From Candidatus Micrarchaeota archaeon CG1_02_47_40 (GTDB taxonomy: Archaea > Micrarchaeota > Micrarchaeia > Anstonellales > CG1-02-47-40): 64,000 nt of DNA. Below the pieces are notes generated by a model. The model did not search any database and was not told the origin of the DNA. It saw nothing but the letters and a program-made list of their open reading frames with translations. Position 1 is the first letter of the stretch; every line of letters starts with the position of its first letter. Made by a program: the position numbers and the translations under genes. The stretch is taken from contig MNVE01000016.1 in NCBI GenBank assembly GCA_001871475.1, positions 133,343 to 197,342 of the forward strand, given 5' to 3'. Shown piece after piece: positions 1 through 10,100 of the stretch.

Positions 1-148
1 GCACACCTTCCTCAAACACCACGTCAAAGGCGGAGAGGCGGTCTGTTGAAATCATGAGAAGGTTTGAGCCGTATTCGTATGTGTCGCGCACTTTTCCCTT
101 GCGGAAAAGCTTCAGTGCCAAATCGGTCTTTGTAATAATGCTTGCCAT
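1..148 (-). CDS. purC: SAICAR synthetase (PurC), N-terminal fragment truncated by window edge
   Basis: Reverse-strand translation from ATG at 148: MASIITKTDLALKLFRKGKVRDTYEYGSNLLMISTDRLSAFDVVFEEGV. The KGKVRD.YE and DR(I/L)SAFD motifs are typical of the PurC N-terminus. Confidence 0.55.
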   Translation of the reverse strand, partial: MASIITKTDLALKLFRKGKVRDTYEYGSNLLMISTDRLSAFDVVFEEGV

Positions 149-192
149 ATTTCTCCCCCAAGGTTAAATGAGAATTTGATAATTAATAAATA

Positions 193-1071
193 CTACAGGC
201 AGGCTAAAAAGACACCAACCAGCCCAATTATGAAAGCTATTAGGGAGAGTTTCCTTGCCATTGAAAGGTTGTGGTGCGTGCGGGAGCGAAGCAGGCAGAG
301 TGCGATTCCCAAAACAGCGGTGTCGGCAGCCAGCACGAAAAGCATGGGAATAAGCGTGGGCTTTTTGTCAAATGAGAAGATGAGCAAGGTGGAGAGGATG
401 AACGCAAAATAGAAGAGGGAGGCTATTTTGAGGGAGTTTTCCGTGCCTATCACAAGAGGAAGCGTTTTTGAATTCCTTGCTTTTCTGTCCCCGAAAGCGT
501 CTTCTGCCGATTTTATTATCTCGCGCCCCATCCCCCCAAGGAAAGCTATTAAGGAGAGGGAAACCACTGCCGGGTGGAGTGTTGGAAACACCGCGAGGTT
601 TCCGAAAATGAACGGGATTGCCATTGAGGCTGAAATATACGCATTCCCAAGAAGGGGGAGGTCTTTGAGCCAGTAATTGTACATTATTGAGAGTGCGGCA
701 AAGCCAAGCGCTATTGCAAAGCAGACCGGGTTGAGGAAATATGCAAGAAGGATGCTTAGCGCGTATCCAAAAATTACGGTATAGATGGCCGTTTGTTTTG
801 AGATTTTCCCTCCTACAAGCGGCTTGTCAGTTCTTTTATTGAGCTTATCCGCCTTTATGTCAAGAAAATCATTTAAGGCAAAGGATGCCATTTCATGAAG
901 GAAGGGAACGAGAAGGGAGAGGATGATTACGGGTGAGAAAAGGTATACGCGCCGCAGGACTATGAATTCCGAAATCAATACTGCAAGTGCAAGCATTATT
1001 CCGTGCTCTACGCGGATTAGGCGCAGGAAGGCGTGCAGTTTTTCAGGGAATTTCATATTAAAAGTCACCAA
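193..1071 (-). CDS. UbiA-family prenyltransferase, DGGGP-synthase-like (archaeal lipid biosynthesis)
   Basis: 292 aa polytopic membrane protein with the NDFLDIKADKLNKRTDKPL motif (UbiA NDxxDxxxD) and a second Asp-rich region. Confidence 0.75.
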   Translation of the reverse strand: MVTFNMKFPEKLHAFLRLIRVEHGIMLALAVLISEFIVLRRVYLFSPVIILSLLVPFLHEMASFALNDFLDIKADKLNKRTDKPLVGGKISKQTAIYTVIFGYALSILLAYFLNPVCFAIALGFAALSIMYNYWLKDLPLLGNAYISASMAIPFIFGNLAVFPTLHPAVVSLSLIAFLGGMGREIIKSAEDAFGDRKARNSKTLPLVIGTENSLKIASLFYFAFILSTLLIFSFDKKPTLIPMLFVLAADTAVLGIALCLLRSRTHHNLSMARKLSLIAFIIGLVGVFLACL

Positions 1072-2299
1072 GGGTGGTTTGCGAAAGTGCTTCTTCCTTT
1101 ACTTTTTTCTTTTCAAACTCTATCTTCCCGAACACCCCGTCAAAGCCCGGGGTTATTGAAAGCTCGCCTTTTTGCATCAGTATTACCGCCTCTGCAATCC
1201 TTGTGTGCGTGGCAAGCTTTAAATCCTCTTCCCCTGCATGCAAAACGGCAAATTCGCTGCCGAAATATTTTATCAGGCCCATATACTCCCCATGCACTGC
1301 CGCGGTGAATTCCCCTTTTTTGAGCACTTTTGCGATTATTTCCCGCAGGGGCACCAGTGATTCAAATGGGATGTGATTTTTTGGCACGTAACCCTCTTCC
1401 CTATCTGCCAACTCCTCCACCCTGTGCAATACCCCTATTGTAAGTGGCTTTTTGCATACAGGGCAGATATCCCCATACTTTTTGCTCTGCTTTGGAGTCA
1501 GGAGAATGTCGCAGTTGCGATGCCCGTCAGCGTGGTATTTTCCCTCTTCGGGAAAGAATTCGTACGTGCAGAGGAATTTCTTTTTGTCTTTTTCCTTTAT
1601 CGCCTGTGCGAGTGCGCCGTAAGTGAGTTCTTTCAAATCAAATATGTTCGCCTCCCTTCCGAGCTTTGCAGGGGAGTGCGCATCAGAGTTTGAAATCAGT
1701 GCGTATTTGTCAAGTGCGGAGACGCGCCAGTTCATTTTTGGATCAGAAGAGAGTCCAGTTTCCAGCGCATGTATGTGCATTTCCATATCTTCATAACATT
1801 CTTTTATTGAATCAAAACCCGAGTTTGAGCCGAATACGGAAAACCACGGGGTCCAGACGTGCGCCGGAATCACCATGTTTTTCTGCGAGATTTGCATCAC
1901 TATCTCCACAAGCTCGCTTGCTTCCATGCCGAAAGTCGGCCTTCCGTCAGCAAGAAGATTGCCCCTTTTTGCAAGCTGTTCGTTGATTTGCTTTGCAATC
2001 TCAAATGATGGGCAGAAAAGCACCTGATGCACCTTGCGCAGTTTCCCCCCCTTGTTGAAGATGTTTGAGACTTCTGCAGTAAGCATAAAGTTTACGCCGT
2101 TGTAAGTGTATATGCCATCATGAGAAGGAATGAGCTTTGCCTCAAGCTCATTAAGCCACTGCGGGTGGGTGAAATCCCCTGTGCCAAGAAGGTTTATTCC
2201 CTTTAATTTCGCCCACTCGCTCATTCCCTCTAAATTCATGTCGCGGCTTGTGGCACGGGAGTAATGCGAGTGCACGTGAAGGTCGGCGATGAGTTTCAT
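1058..2299 (-). CDS. PHP-domain metal-dependent phosphoesterase with zinc-finger, endonuclease Q-like
   Basis: N-terminal DLHVHSHYSRATSRD (PHP His motif) and a CPVCKK zinc-ribbon-like segment. The 413 aa size and layout resemble archaeal EndoQ/PHP proteins. Confidence 0.55.
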   Translation of the reverse strand: MKLIADLHVHSHYSRATSRDMNLEGMSEWAKLKGINLLGTGDFTHPQWLNELEAKLIPSHDGIYTYNGVNFMLTAEVSNIFNKGGKLRKVHQVLFCPSFEIAKQINEQLAKRGNLLADGRPTFGMEASELVEIVMQISQKNMVIPAHVWTPWFSVFGSNSGFDSIKECYEDMEMHIHALETGLSSDPKMNWRVSALDKYALISNSDAHSPAKLGREANIFDLKELTYGALAQAIKEKDKKKFLCTYEFFPEEGKYHADGHRNCDILLTPKQSKKYGDICPVCKKPLTIGVLHRVEELADREEGYVPKNHIPFESLVPLREIIAKVLKKGEFTAAVHGEYMGLIKYFGSEFAVLHAGEEDLKLATHTRIAEAVILMQKGELSITPGFDGVFGKIEFEKKKVKEEALSQTTLGDF

Positions 2300-2330
2300 T
2301 GAGAGAAATTAGTGGAAAGAAAGAATAAAA

Positions 2331-2585
2331 CTACTTCCCCTTCCTTCCCTTCTCAATTTTCCCAATCAGCGCCTCAAACTCTTCCCTTGAAACCCTTCCA
2401 TCATCAGCCAGGCACTCTTTTTTCAGATGCTCAAAGAAAAAGTCCTTTTCCGCCTGGCTCAAATCAGATTTTCCAACCTCAACCGCGAGCTTCATCAGCT
2501 CCTCCTGCCCGGCAATGAAATCCGGGGGCGCGTTTATGGAAGCGATTGCGTCAAACTTCTTTTTCAGCTCTTCAATGGAGGACAT
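2331..2585 (-). CDS. small acidic hypothetical protein (84 aa)
   Basis: Only the 3' 84 codons of the 2331..3086 ORF, starting at ATG 2585 (MSSIEELKKKFDAIAS...), look protein-like. The rest overlaps the deoxyhypusine synthase gene on the other strand. Confidence 0.4.
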   Translation of the reverse strand: MSSIEELKKKFDAIASINAPPDFIAGQEELMKLAVEVGKSDLSQAEKDFFFEHLKKECLADDGRVSREEFEALIGKIEKGRKGK

Positions 2586-2721
2586 ATTTAGGGATTGGAA
2601 TGGAAGGTTTATATAAAGTATGCCGCGTTTTGCTTTTGGGGTTTTGCCAAGGGGAATTTGTTTTTTACAAAAATAAATTTCCGAATATGTTTTATACTTT
2701 GCTGATGAAAAATTTCCCAGT

Positions 2722-4035
2722 ATGCAAAACGAAAAATGCGGCACGGACAGGGACCCGAAAAAATTCTGCGACGGGCATTCTGATAATTTAGAGCCCCTTG
2801 AAAGCATTGATTTGGGAAAATGCGCTGATTTTGACCAGATGCTTTCTGCCATGTCAAAAACCGCCTTTGGAGGCAGGAATTTGGGGGAGGCGGCGGAAGT
2901 GCTTTGCGCGATGGCAAAGGATAAGGACTGCCTTGGCGTTGGCACTTTCGCGGGCGCGATGTCTGTGGCAAAAATGGGCGGGCTTCTCTGCGACATGGTG
3001 GATTCGGGAATGCTTGGGGTGGTGGTTAGCACCGGCGCGCTCATGGCGCACGGCTTTGTTGAAGCAGCAGGCATGAAGCACTTCAAATATAGGTTCGGGA
3101 AAATGGATGATGGGGAGCTTTACAAAAAAGGCTATGACAGAGTATATGACACGCTTGAGCTTGAGAAAAATTTGGATGATGCGGAAGTGCTGGTTGCGGA
3201 AGTGCTGGAAGGGTTCAAGTCGCGCCAGCAGCTCTGCTCGTGGAAAATCTGCCACGCGCTTGGAAAGAGGCTCTCTGAAAACTTTTCAGGAAAGGGGATA
3301 CTAAAAAGCACCTATGAGGCAAACATTCCAGTATTCATCCCGGCTTTTACCGATTCGGAGTTTGGGTTGGACTTTGGCATTTACAGAAGAAGGCAGAGAA
3401 TGAAGGGAAAACTGCCGCTTGTATTCAACCCATACCTTGATTTGGAGCTTTATACAAAATACTGCAGGCATGCGAAAAAGCTCGGGCTTTTTACAATAGG
3501 CGGCGGAGTTCCGAGGAACTGGGCGCAGCAGGTGGGACCTTATTTGGATATTATACAGAGCAGGATAGGGGAGGGAGGGGCGCTGAAGAGATTTGATTAT
3601 GCTTTACGCATCTGCCCGGAGCCGGTGCACTGGGGCGGCTTGTCCGGCTGCACTTATTCAGAAGGGGTTTCCTGGGGGAAATTCACCCCTGAAAATGAAG
3701 GGGGAAGATTTGCAGAGGTGCTCGCTGATGCCACAATCGCCTGGCCCATTCTCCTGAAAGGAGTCTTTCAGAGGCTGCAGAAGGAGGGGGTGAAGATTCC
3801 GCTTGAAAAAAACATACAAAAATTCAAGAAGGCGAGCATGGTTGATGATAATTGGGAGCCATCACTGAAAAAGAAAGAAGAAAGGAAAGATGGGGGGAAT
3901 GCAAAGGAAGGAATTAAGGCGGGAGAAGGAAGCGGGCTGAAGGAGAATGTGGAAGTTAAGGTTGATGAGGAGAACGGCAGGCTAAAGGGAGCGGAAGCCA
4001 AAGTGAAGGAGGGAGTTGGGGAAGGAAACGAATAA
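2722..4035 (+). CDS. dys: deoxyhypusine synthase with Lys/Glu-rich C-terminal tail
   Basis: IPVFIPAFTDSEFGLDFGIY, GGGVPRNWAQQV and SEGVSWGKF align with conserved DHS blocks (human HIPVFSPALTDGSLGDM, GGGVVKHH, DEAVSWGKI). Confidence 0.85.
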   Translation: MQNEKCGTDRDPKKFCDGHSDNLEPLESIDLGKCADFDQMLSAMSKTAFGGRNLGEAAEVLCAMAKDKDCLGVGTFAGAMSVAKMGGLLCDMVDSGMLGVVVSTGALMAHGFVEAAGMKHFKYRFGKMDDGELYKKGYDRVYDTLELEKNLDDAEVLVAEVLEGFKSRQQLCSWKICHALGKRLSENFSGKGILKSTYEANIPVFIPAFTDSEFGLDFGIYRRRQRMKGKLPLVFNPYLDLELYTKYCRHAKKLGLFTIGGGVPRNWAQQVGPYLDIIQSRIGEGGALKRFDYALRICPEPVHWGGLSGCTYSEGVSWGKFTPENEGGRFAEVLADATIAWPILLKGVFQRLQKEGVKIPLEKNIQKFKKASMVDDNWEPSLKKKEERKDGGNAKEGIKAGEGSGLKENVEVKVDEENGRLKGAEAKVKEGVGEGNE

Positions 4036-4099
4036 AAGGAGAAAGAATCTGCAGAATTGTTTGGCGAATTTTTGATTTAAGAAAAAAAGGAAATGCAAA

Positions 4100-5182
4100 A
4101 TGGCAAATATTTTTGAGCGCCTTGGGAAGGGAGAAGGAGTATTTACAGATGAGGGAAAGCTGTCCCCCGATTACGTGCCGGTTGATGTGCTGTTTCGCGA
4201 GAGGGAGGTAAGGGAATTTGCTTTTTGCCTGCAGGGGTCTGCAAGAGGGGGAAAGGGGGAGCATTTGATTGCGACGGGACCTCCGGGAACCGGTAAAACT
4301 ACATGCGCAAAGCACGTTTTGGGGCAGCTTTCCGAATACAGCAAGAAAGCCGTGCCGATTTACATAAACTGCTGGGAATTTTCAACGCGCTATGCGATAT
4401 TCGGGGAGATTGCAAACCTTCTTGGGGAGGTTCTGCCGCGAAGGGGGATTGCCTCTGATGAAATGATGGGCAGGATAGTGCAGAATCTGAAAAGGGAGAA
4501 AAAATCGCTTATCGTTGTGCTTGATGAGGCGGACAGGCTGTTTTTGGAAAAGGAAGAGGGGATTTTGTACGATTTTGCGCGCGCGCCTGAAACGAGCAGA
4601 GTGAATGTTGGCATAATTGCCATTGCAAATAATAAGGAGGTATTTGCTAGAATGGATGCGCGCATAAGAAGCTCGCTTTGCGCAAAAATGATTGAATTTT
4701 TTCCGTATTCTCCTGTGCAGCTTAAGGAAATATTGAAAGCGAGGGCGAGAGTTGCATTCTTTCCCAATGCGCTTTCGGATGAGGTGGTTGATTTGTGCGC
4801 GGGAATTGGGGCGAAGAATGGAGGGGATGCGAGAATTGCGCTTTCAGTATTGCGCGGGGCGGGAAAGGAAGCTGAACGGGAAGGGGCAAGAAAAGTAACG
4901 CTTGAGCACGTGAAACGCGCAAAGGAAGGGGTTTTGGGAGGAATTGCAAAGAGGAAATTTCCCCTGCTTGATGGGAATTTACAGAAGGTATTTGAGTTTG
5001 TTGAAAAGAAGGGGGATGTTGATTCTGTAGAGATTTATGCTCATTTTGGTGCAAAGGAGGAAAGCGAAGAGAGAAAGATAAGGAAATGGATTGCCAAATT
5101 GGAGGAGCTGGGATTTCTGGAGGGTAAGGAGTTTGTGGATGGGGAGGGAAGAGGAAGGAGGATAAGAGTGACGGGAAAGTAA
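4100..5182 (+). CDS. cdc6: ORC1/Cdc6 replication initiator
   Basis: DYVPVDVLFREREVREF, Walker [10 protein letters not shown], Walker B IVVLDEADRL, and a C-terminal winged-helix. The 360 aa size is typical. Confidence 0.9.
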   Translation: MANIFERLGKGEGVFTDEGKLSPDYVPVDVLFREREVREFAFCLQGSARGGKGEHLIATGPPGTGKTTCAKHVLGQLSEYSKKAVPIYINCWEFSTRYAIFGEIANLLGEVLPRRGIASDEMMGRIVQNLKREKKSLIVVLDEADRLFLEKEEGILYDFARAPETSRVNVGIIAIANNKEVFARMDARIRSSLCAKMIEFFPYSPVQLKEILKARARVAFFPNALSDEVVDLCAGIGAKNGGDARIALSVLRGAGKEAEREGARKVTLEHVKRAKEGVLGGIAKRKFPLLDGNLQKVFEFVEKKGDVDSVEIYAHFGAKEESEERKIRKWIAKLEELGFLEGKEFVDGEGRGRRIRVTGK

Positions 5183-5183
5183 G

Positions 5184-5489
5184 TCAGAAATATCCAAGCC
5201 ATTTTTCGTATTCCTTGTGCGTTCCTACGAAATAAACCATTTTTGTTTTCTTCTCCTCATCAATCTGCTTGTCCTGACGGACAAGTCTTGACGCTTGCGC
5301 GTCAATTTCATAGCATAGTTTATATTGCCCTATTTCGGAAACGAAAAACGGAGCACCTTTCTTCAGATGCCTTGCGGGAATCGGCTCGCAGTGCTGGAGT
5401 ATTTTGTTCACGACTCTTTTTTTCATTGCCGTGTCAAGCTTTGAGAAATATGCGTCCCATCCCTCGTGGAATTGGATTTGGTATGCCAT
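5184..5489 (-). CDS. RelE/ParE-family toxin-like protein
   Basis: 101 aa with a C-terminal YKLCYEID...VYFVGTHKEY pattern resembling the RelE/ParE YRxxYxID...HRxxxY core. It lies immediately downstream of an RHH protein and contains an in-frame double-hairpin insertion. Confidence 0.5.
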   Translation of the reverse strand: MAYQIQFHEGWDAYFSKLDTAMKKRVVNKILQHCEPIPARHLKKGAPFFVSEIGQYKLCYEIDAQASRLVRQDKQIDEEKKTKMVYFVGTHKEYEKWLGYF

Positions 5490-5502
5490 TGGAAAGCACC
5501 AG

Positions 5503-5784
5503 TCAAAAGGCTTCCGGGTATTTTTTCCTTACTTCATTCAGGGTGAGCGTTCTTTTTCCGCCGCTCTTCAACTCCTCCTGCATCTTTTCCATCTTTGCCA
5601 CTGCAAGCTCATCCAGAATTTCTTCGTTTGATTTTACCACGTGGTAATCTTTCCCAAGCTCAAGGATGCCTGCCCGCACAGCTTCGGCTTTGGTTTTGAA
5701 AAAGCCCGCATCCAGAAGGCGATTTAGTACCTGTTCTACCGAACCCTCAAGATGCACGAATATGCCTGACATTGGAACCACCAT
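5503..5784 (-). CDS. ribbon-helix-helix (CopG-like) antitoxin
   Basis: MSGIFVHLEGSVEQVLNRLLDAG..KTKAEAVRAGILEL is a beta-strand plus two helices typical of RHH. It sits upstream of the RelE-like gene with a 13-nt gap. Confidence 0.5.
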   Translation of the reverse strand: MVVPMSGIFVHLEGSVEQVLNRLLDAGFFKTKAEAVRAGILELGKDYHVVKSNEEILDELAVAKMEKMQEELKSGGKRTLTLNEVRKKYPEAF

Positions 5785-5870
5785 AAGATATATGCATCAA
5801 ATCAATATATAAATATATCGTTTTTATATAGGCAAACCTTTTTATACTTCAAAAATGAAACAAGTGTTTC

Positions 5871-6572
5871 ATGGATGGAACAATCATTTTGAGAATAGAA
5901 CATGCGTTGCGTGAAAAGGACGCAATTGAGAGTATAATGCGCATGGCATTCACCTATCCCCAGACGGAGTTTTCCCTCTCGGAAATGGCGCAGGGGGCAA
6001 ATGTATCAAAGAGCACCGCAAGCAGAGCGCTCCAGCAGCTTGCCCTGGCTGGATTGGTAAAAATAACTGATTTAGGGGTTGTTTGGAGGATATCTGCAAA
6101 CAGGCGCTCCCCCGTTTATATAAGGGAGAAGATAGTTTACAACCTCTCGCTGATTTACCGCTCAAACTTGGTTGATTTTCTGGCTGCGCTCTTCAAATCT
6201 CCGCGCGCGCTTGTGCTTTTTGGAAGCTTTAGGAGGGGCGAGGATGTAAAAGATTCGGATATTGACATTGCAGTGGAGCTTGATTCCTTTGGGGAGACGA
6301 AAACTGCGGAACTTTCAAAAATAGAAGGATTGAGTCAAAAGCAGGTGTCGGATATAGTAAATGTTGAAAAAGTGATTGGAAGGAAGTTTGTGCTTACCGT
6401 ATTTGATAGAAAGAATGTGGATGCCAACCTCTTCAACGGCATAGCAAACGGGATAGTGCTGAATGGTTTTCTTGAGGCGGGGAAAGAAGCGGAAAGGGAA
6501 ATGGCGGAAAAAAGGGAAGGAGTGGAAAAAATAACTCCATTCTCACAGTCGGCAGGCAGGGAATATGGATAA
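5871..6572 (+). CDS. wHTH-fused minimal nucleotidyltransferase (MNT antitoxin-like)
   Basis: LVLFGSFRRGEDVKDSDIDIAVEL is the polymerase-beta NTase GS..D.D motif. An N-terminal HTH-like segment (SKSTASRALQQLALAGLV) precedes it. The gene overlaps the following HEPN gene by 8 nt. Confidence 0.75.
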   Translation: MDGTIILRIEHALREKDAIESIMRMAFTYPQTEFSLSEMAQGANVSKSTASRALQQLALAGLVKITDLGVVWRISANRRSPVYIREKIVYNLSLIYRSNLVDFLAALFKSPRALVLFGSFRRGEDVKDSDIDIAVELDSFGETKTAELSKIEGLSQKQVSDIVNVEKVIGRKFVLTVFDRKNVDANLFNGIANGIVLNGFLEAGKEAEREMAEKREGVEKITPFSQSAGREYG

Positions 6573-6975
6573 AAAAAGAATTGAAGAGCTTGAAAATGCA
6601 GGCGAGTTGCGAAGAAGAAGCCCTGACAAGGCACGGATACGTTCCATGCTGGAAGCGGCAAAGAGAACATCGGAGTATGTGTGCCGGCTTGAAATAAACG
6701 AGGAAAGCGCTGCTGTTGTATTCCGTGAGCTTTATGAATGCTTACGGCAGATTGGTGATGCACTGCTTTGGCGTTCTGGATGGGAGCCGCTAAAGCACAC
6801 AGCAAGCATTGAAGCACTCAAAGAGGAAGTAGGGTATGTGGATTATGAAAAGCTGGACAGGTTAAGGATTATTAGAAATAATGCAAACTATAGGGGATAT
6901 TCAGTAAGCGTGCAAAACGCGCTTGAGATAAAGGAGCTTTGGGAGAAATGGGGAAGAAGGATTGCAGAGAGATAG
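6565..6975 (+). CDS. HEPN-domain protein (toxin partner of MNT)
   Basis: 136 aa helical protein with an R...NNANYRGY-like Rx4-6H-type region, placed directly after the NTase gene. Confidence 0.65.
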   Translation: MDKKRIEELENAGELRRRSPDKARIRSMLEAAKRTSEYVCRLEINEESAAVVFRELYECLRQIGDALLWRSGWEPLKHTASIEALKEEVGYVDYEKLDRLRIIRNNANYRGYSVSVQNALEIKELWEKWGRRIAER

Positions 6976-7149
6976 GAAAGGGATTGGAGAAGGAAGATGG
7001 CAGAGGGGGGTTGGGATTAGGGAGCTTTGGGAGAAATGGGGAAGAAGTATAGAAAAGATGGGTAGGGAAGGGGTTATAAAATATTAAAGCCGAATAATGT
7101 AGGCGGGCGATTAGATGGATTTGCCTGCGCTTATTGCTCGGTTTGGAAG

Positions 7150-10100
7150 GTGGGACTTATGACAAAAAGCATTGAATTGAAGGTCGCAGAAGCCCTCCAG
7201 CAGGATGTTGGAAGAGGTATAGTCAGGATAGACTCTCGCGCACGGGAAGCGCTTGGGGTTTCTACCGGCGATATTGTTGAATTAAAGGGGAAGAGAAGCA
7301 CCGCTGCGATAGTATGGCAGGCGCACCCGCAGGATGAGGGGATGAGCATAGTGCGCATGGACGGGTACCTGCGCCAGAATACCGGAGTCGCTTTACAGGA
7401 CAGGATAATGGTGAAAAAGGCTGAAACCGTTGAAGCGAAAAAAGTGGTGCTTGCGCCAATGCAGCCCATAAAATACTCTCCTGGTTTCGATCAGTTTGTG
7501 CTAAAGAGGTTGATTGGAAGAGCTCTCACAAAAGGGGACATGATATTTGTCGGGGTGTTTGGCACTTCCTTTCCGCTGATTGCGGCGCTTGTGCAGCCCA
7601 GCGGCATGGCAATGATAACGGACAGGACGGAATTGGTGCTAAAGGAAGAGCCGATAAAGAAAACCGGCACCGGCCTGACGCTCTCTTATGAGGATGTGGG
7701 AGGCTTGAAGGAAGAGGTGCGAAAGATAAGGGAGATGGTGGAATTGCCCATGCGCCACCCGGAGCTTTTTGAGAAATTGGGAATAGAGGCGCCAAAGGGA
7801 GTGCTCATATACGGCCCGCCCGGAACGGGAAAAACACTGCTTGCAAAAGCTGTCGCAAGCGAGTCTGAAGCGAATTTTATACACATAGGCGGACCGGAGC
7901 TTGTCAGCAAGTTCGTAGGTGAGAGCGAGGAGAAGCTAAGGCAGCTCTTCAAGGATGCCGAGGAGAACGCGCCCTCAATAATATTCATGGATGAGCTGGA
8001 TGCGATTGCCCCAAAGAGAGAGGAGGTTACGGGTGAAGTGGAAAAGAGGATGGTGAGCCAATTGCTCACTTTAATGGATGGATTGAAAGCGCGCGGGCAG
8101 GTAATAGTTATCGGAGCGACCAACCGCGTGAATTCCATAGACCCGGCGCTGCGCCGCCCGGGACGGTTTGACCGCGAGATAGAGATTGGAGTGCCTGACA
8201 GGAAGAGCAGATTGGAGATTTTACAGATACATACCCGCGGAATGCCCCTTGAGAATGATGTGAATCTTGAGGAGCTTTCCGGAATCACCCACGGCTACAC
8301 CGGCGCTGATATTTCCTCCCTGACAAAGGAGGCGGCAATGAAAACCTTGCGAAGGATACTGCCGCAGATTAATTTGGAGCAGGACACTATACCTCCGGAG
8401 ATACTTGAAAATTTGCGCGTAACAAGAGAAGATTTCTTCAACGCACTGCGCGAAATCCTTCCCTCTGCGCTGCGTGAAGTGTTCCTTGAGAGGCCGAACG
8501 TGCACTGGGGAGACATGGGCGGGATGGAGAAGGTGAAGGAGGAAATGAAGGAGGCGATAGAATTGCCCCTAAAGCGGCCCGAGATTTTCTCGAAGTTTGG
8601 CATCCGCCCGATAAAAGGAATTTTATTAGTTGGCTTGCCTGGCACGGGAAAAACGATGATTGCAAAAGCGGTTGCCACCGAAACAGAAGCGAATTTCATT
8701 TCCATAAAGGGGCCTGAAGTGCTATGCCTTGCGCCGGGCACTCCGATATTCACTGACAATTGCGGACTGCGCGAGATTTCCGAATTTTATGAGAGAATAA
8801 AAGATAAGACAACTGTTGAAAGAGCCACGGATTCGCTGGAAGTAAGAAAACTCAATGAACCGGTATTCACTTTCGGAATAGGAAAGAACGGACAGATTGA
8901 AAAAACGAAAATAGAAAGAATGCATAGAGTATTTGTTCCGAAAAGCTATGAGATTGCGCTCTCAAACGGAACTGCCCTGACCGTTTCTGAAAACCAGCCG
9001 TTTTATGCCTATGCAGACGGAGAAATTAGATGGGTGAAAACATCGGAGCTCAAAGAAGGAAGCTGGATAGCGGTGCCTGCGCAAATTCCCGCGTTTGCGA
9101 AGGAAATGACAATTGCCCCTCCTTCCGACGAGCATCTTAGAATGGTGCAGGAAAATGAGGAATTTGCAGAAATGAGAGTATTCTCTGCAAGGGAAACGGC
9201 TAGACTTCCAAAAAAACTTAGCGAGGATTTGGCTGAATTCTTAGGGTGGTTCGTGGCAGAGGGAAACATCTCAAAGGAAGGAATAAGCATTGCGAACGCA
9301 GATAAAGAGAATAAAGGAAGGATAAAGAAATTGTTTGGACTTTTTGTGCCGGCGGAAAGAATAAGGGAGTATTCGGACAAGACGGTAGTTTATTCTACTC
9401 CGCTTGTGCATTATCTTGAAGGAATATTTGAAATGTTTTTGAGGAGAAAGAAATCGGGGATTATTGGCGTTCCTTCAATAATTTTCAAATCCGACTGTAG
9501 GAGGATTGCGCGCTTCTTAAGGGGAGCTTACCTTGGCGACGGACACCTTGGAAAAACAAAGGTGGAATACGGAACGATGAGCAAAAAACTGGCGCATGGA
9601 ATCACTTATCTGCTTTCAATACTTGGAATAAAATATAGGCGATGGGAAAGAAAAGACAGAATGTGGATGATTACGATATCCGGAAAAAAAGAGATTTCCG
9701 CATTCAAATCAGCAGTGTTCGGAGAAGAAGCTGGCAAAGTAAGAAGATATTACAATGCTCGCTATCACATTCCGGATGTAAGCGCTTTGCTGCGTGAAGC
9801 AAAAAGCGCTCTGAACCTCAAGTATGATAAAGAAATTCCAGAAGGCTTGTTTGAGGGCGTGTTAAGCGGAAGAAAGAGGTGCGGATTGATAAGATTGCAA
9901 AGAATGATGAGTTATTTGGAAAAATATGCAGATGAAAAATTCAGGAAAAGCAGATGCTGCGCCTCGCTGTCTCTTATGTCAAAGGGAACCCTTGCGTGGA
10001 TTAGAGTGGAAAAAAAGACAGCGGGAGGTCAGATGTGGATGTATGATCTTGAAACGGAAAATTCAAGCTTTATCGGAGGAGAGCTTCCGACCGTGCTCCA

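Noticed and set aside
2586-3086. 5' two-thirds of the 251-aa ORF 2331..3086 (-)
   Set aside because: It overlaps the well-supported deoxyhypusine synthase gene on the other strand and is Pro/Ser/Ala-rich antisense-looking. Only the last 84 codons, from ATG 2585, were kept.
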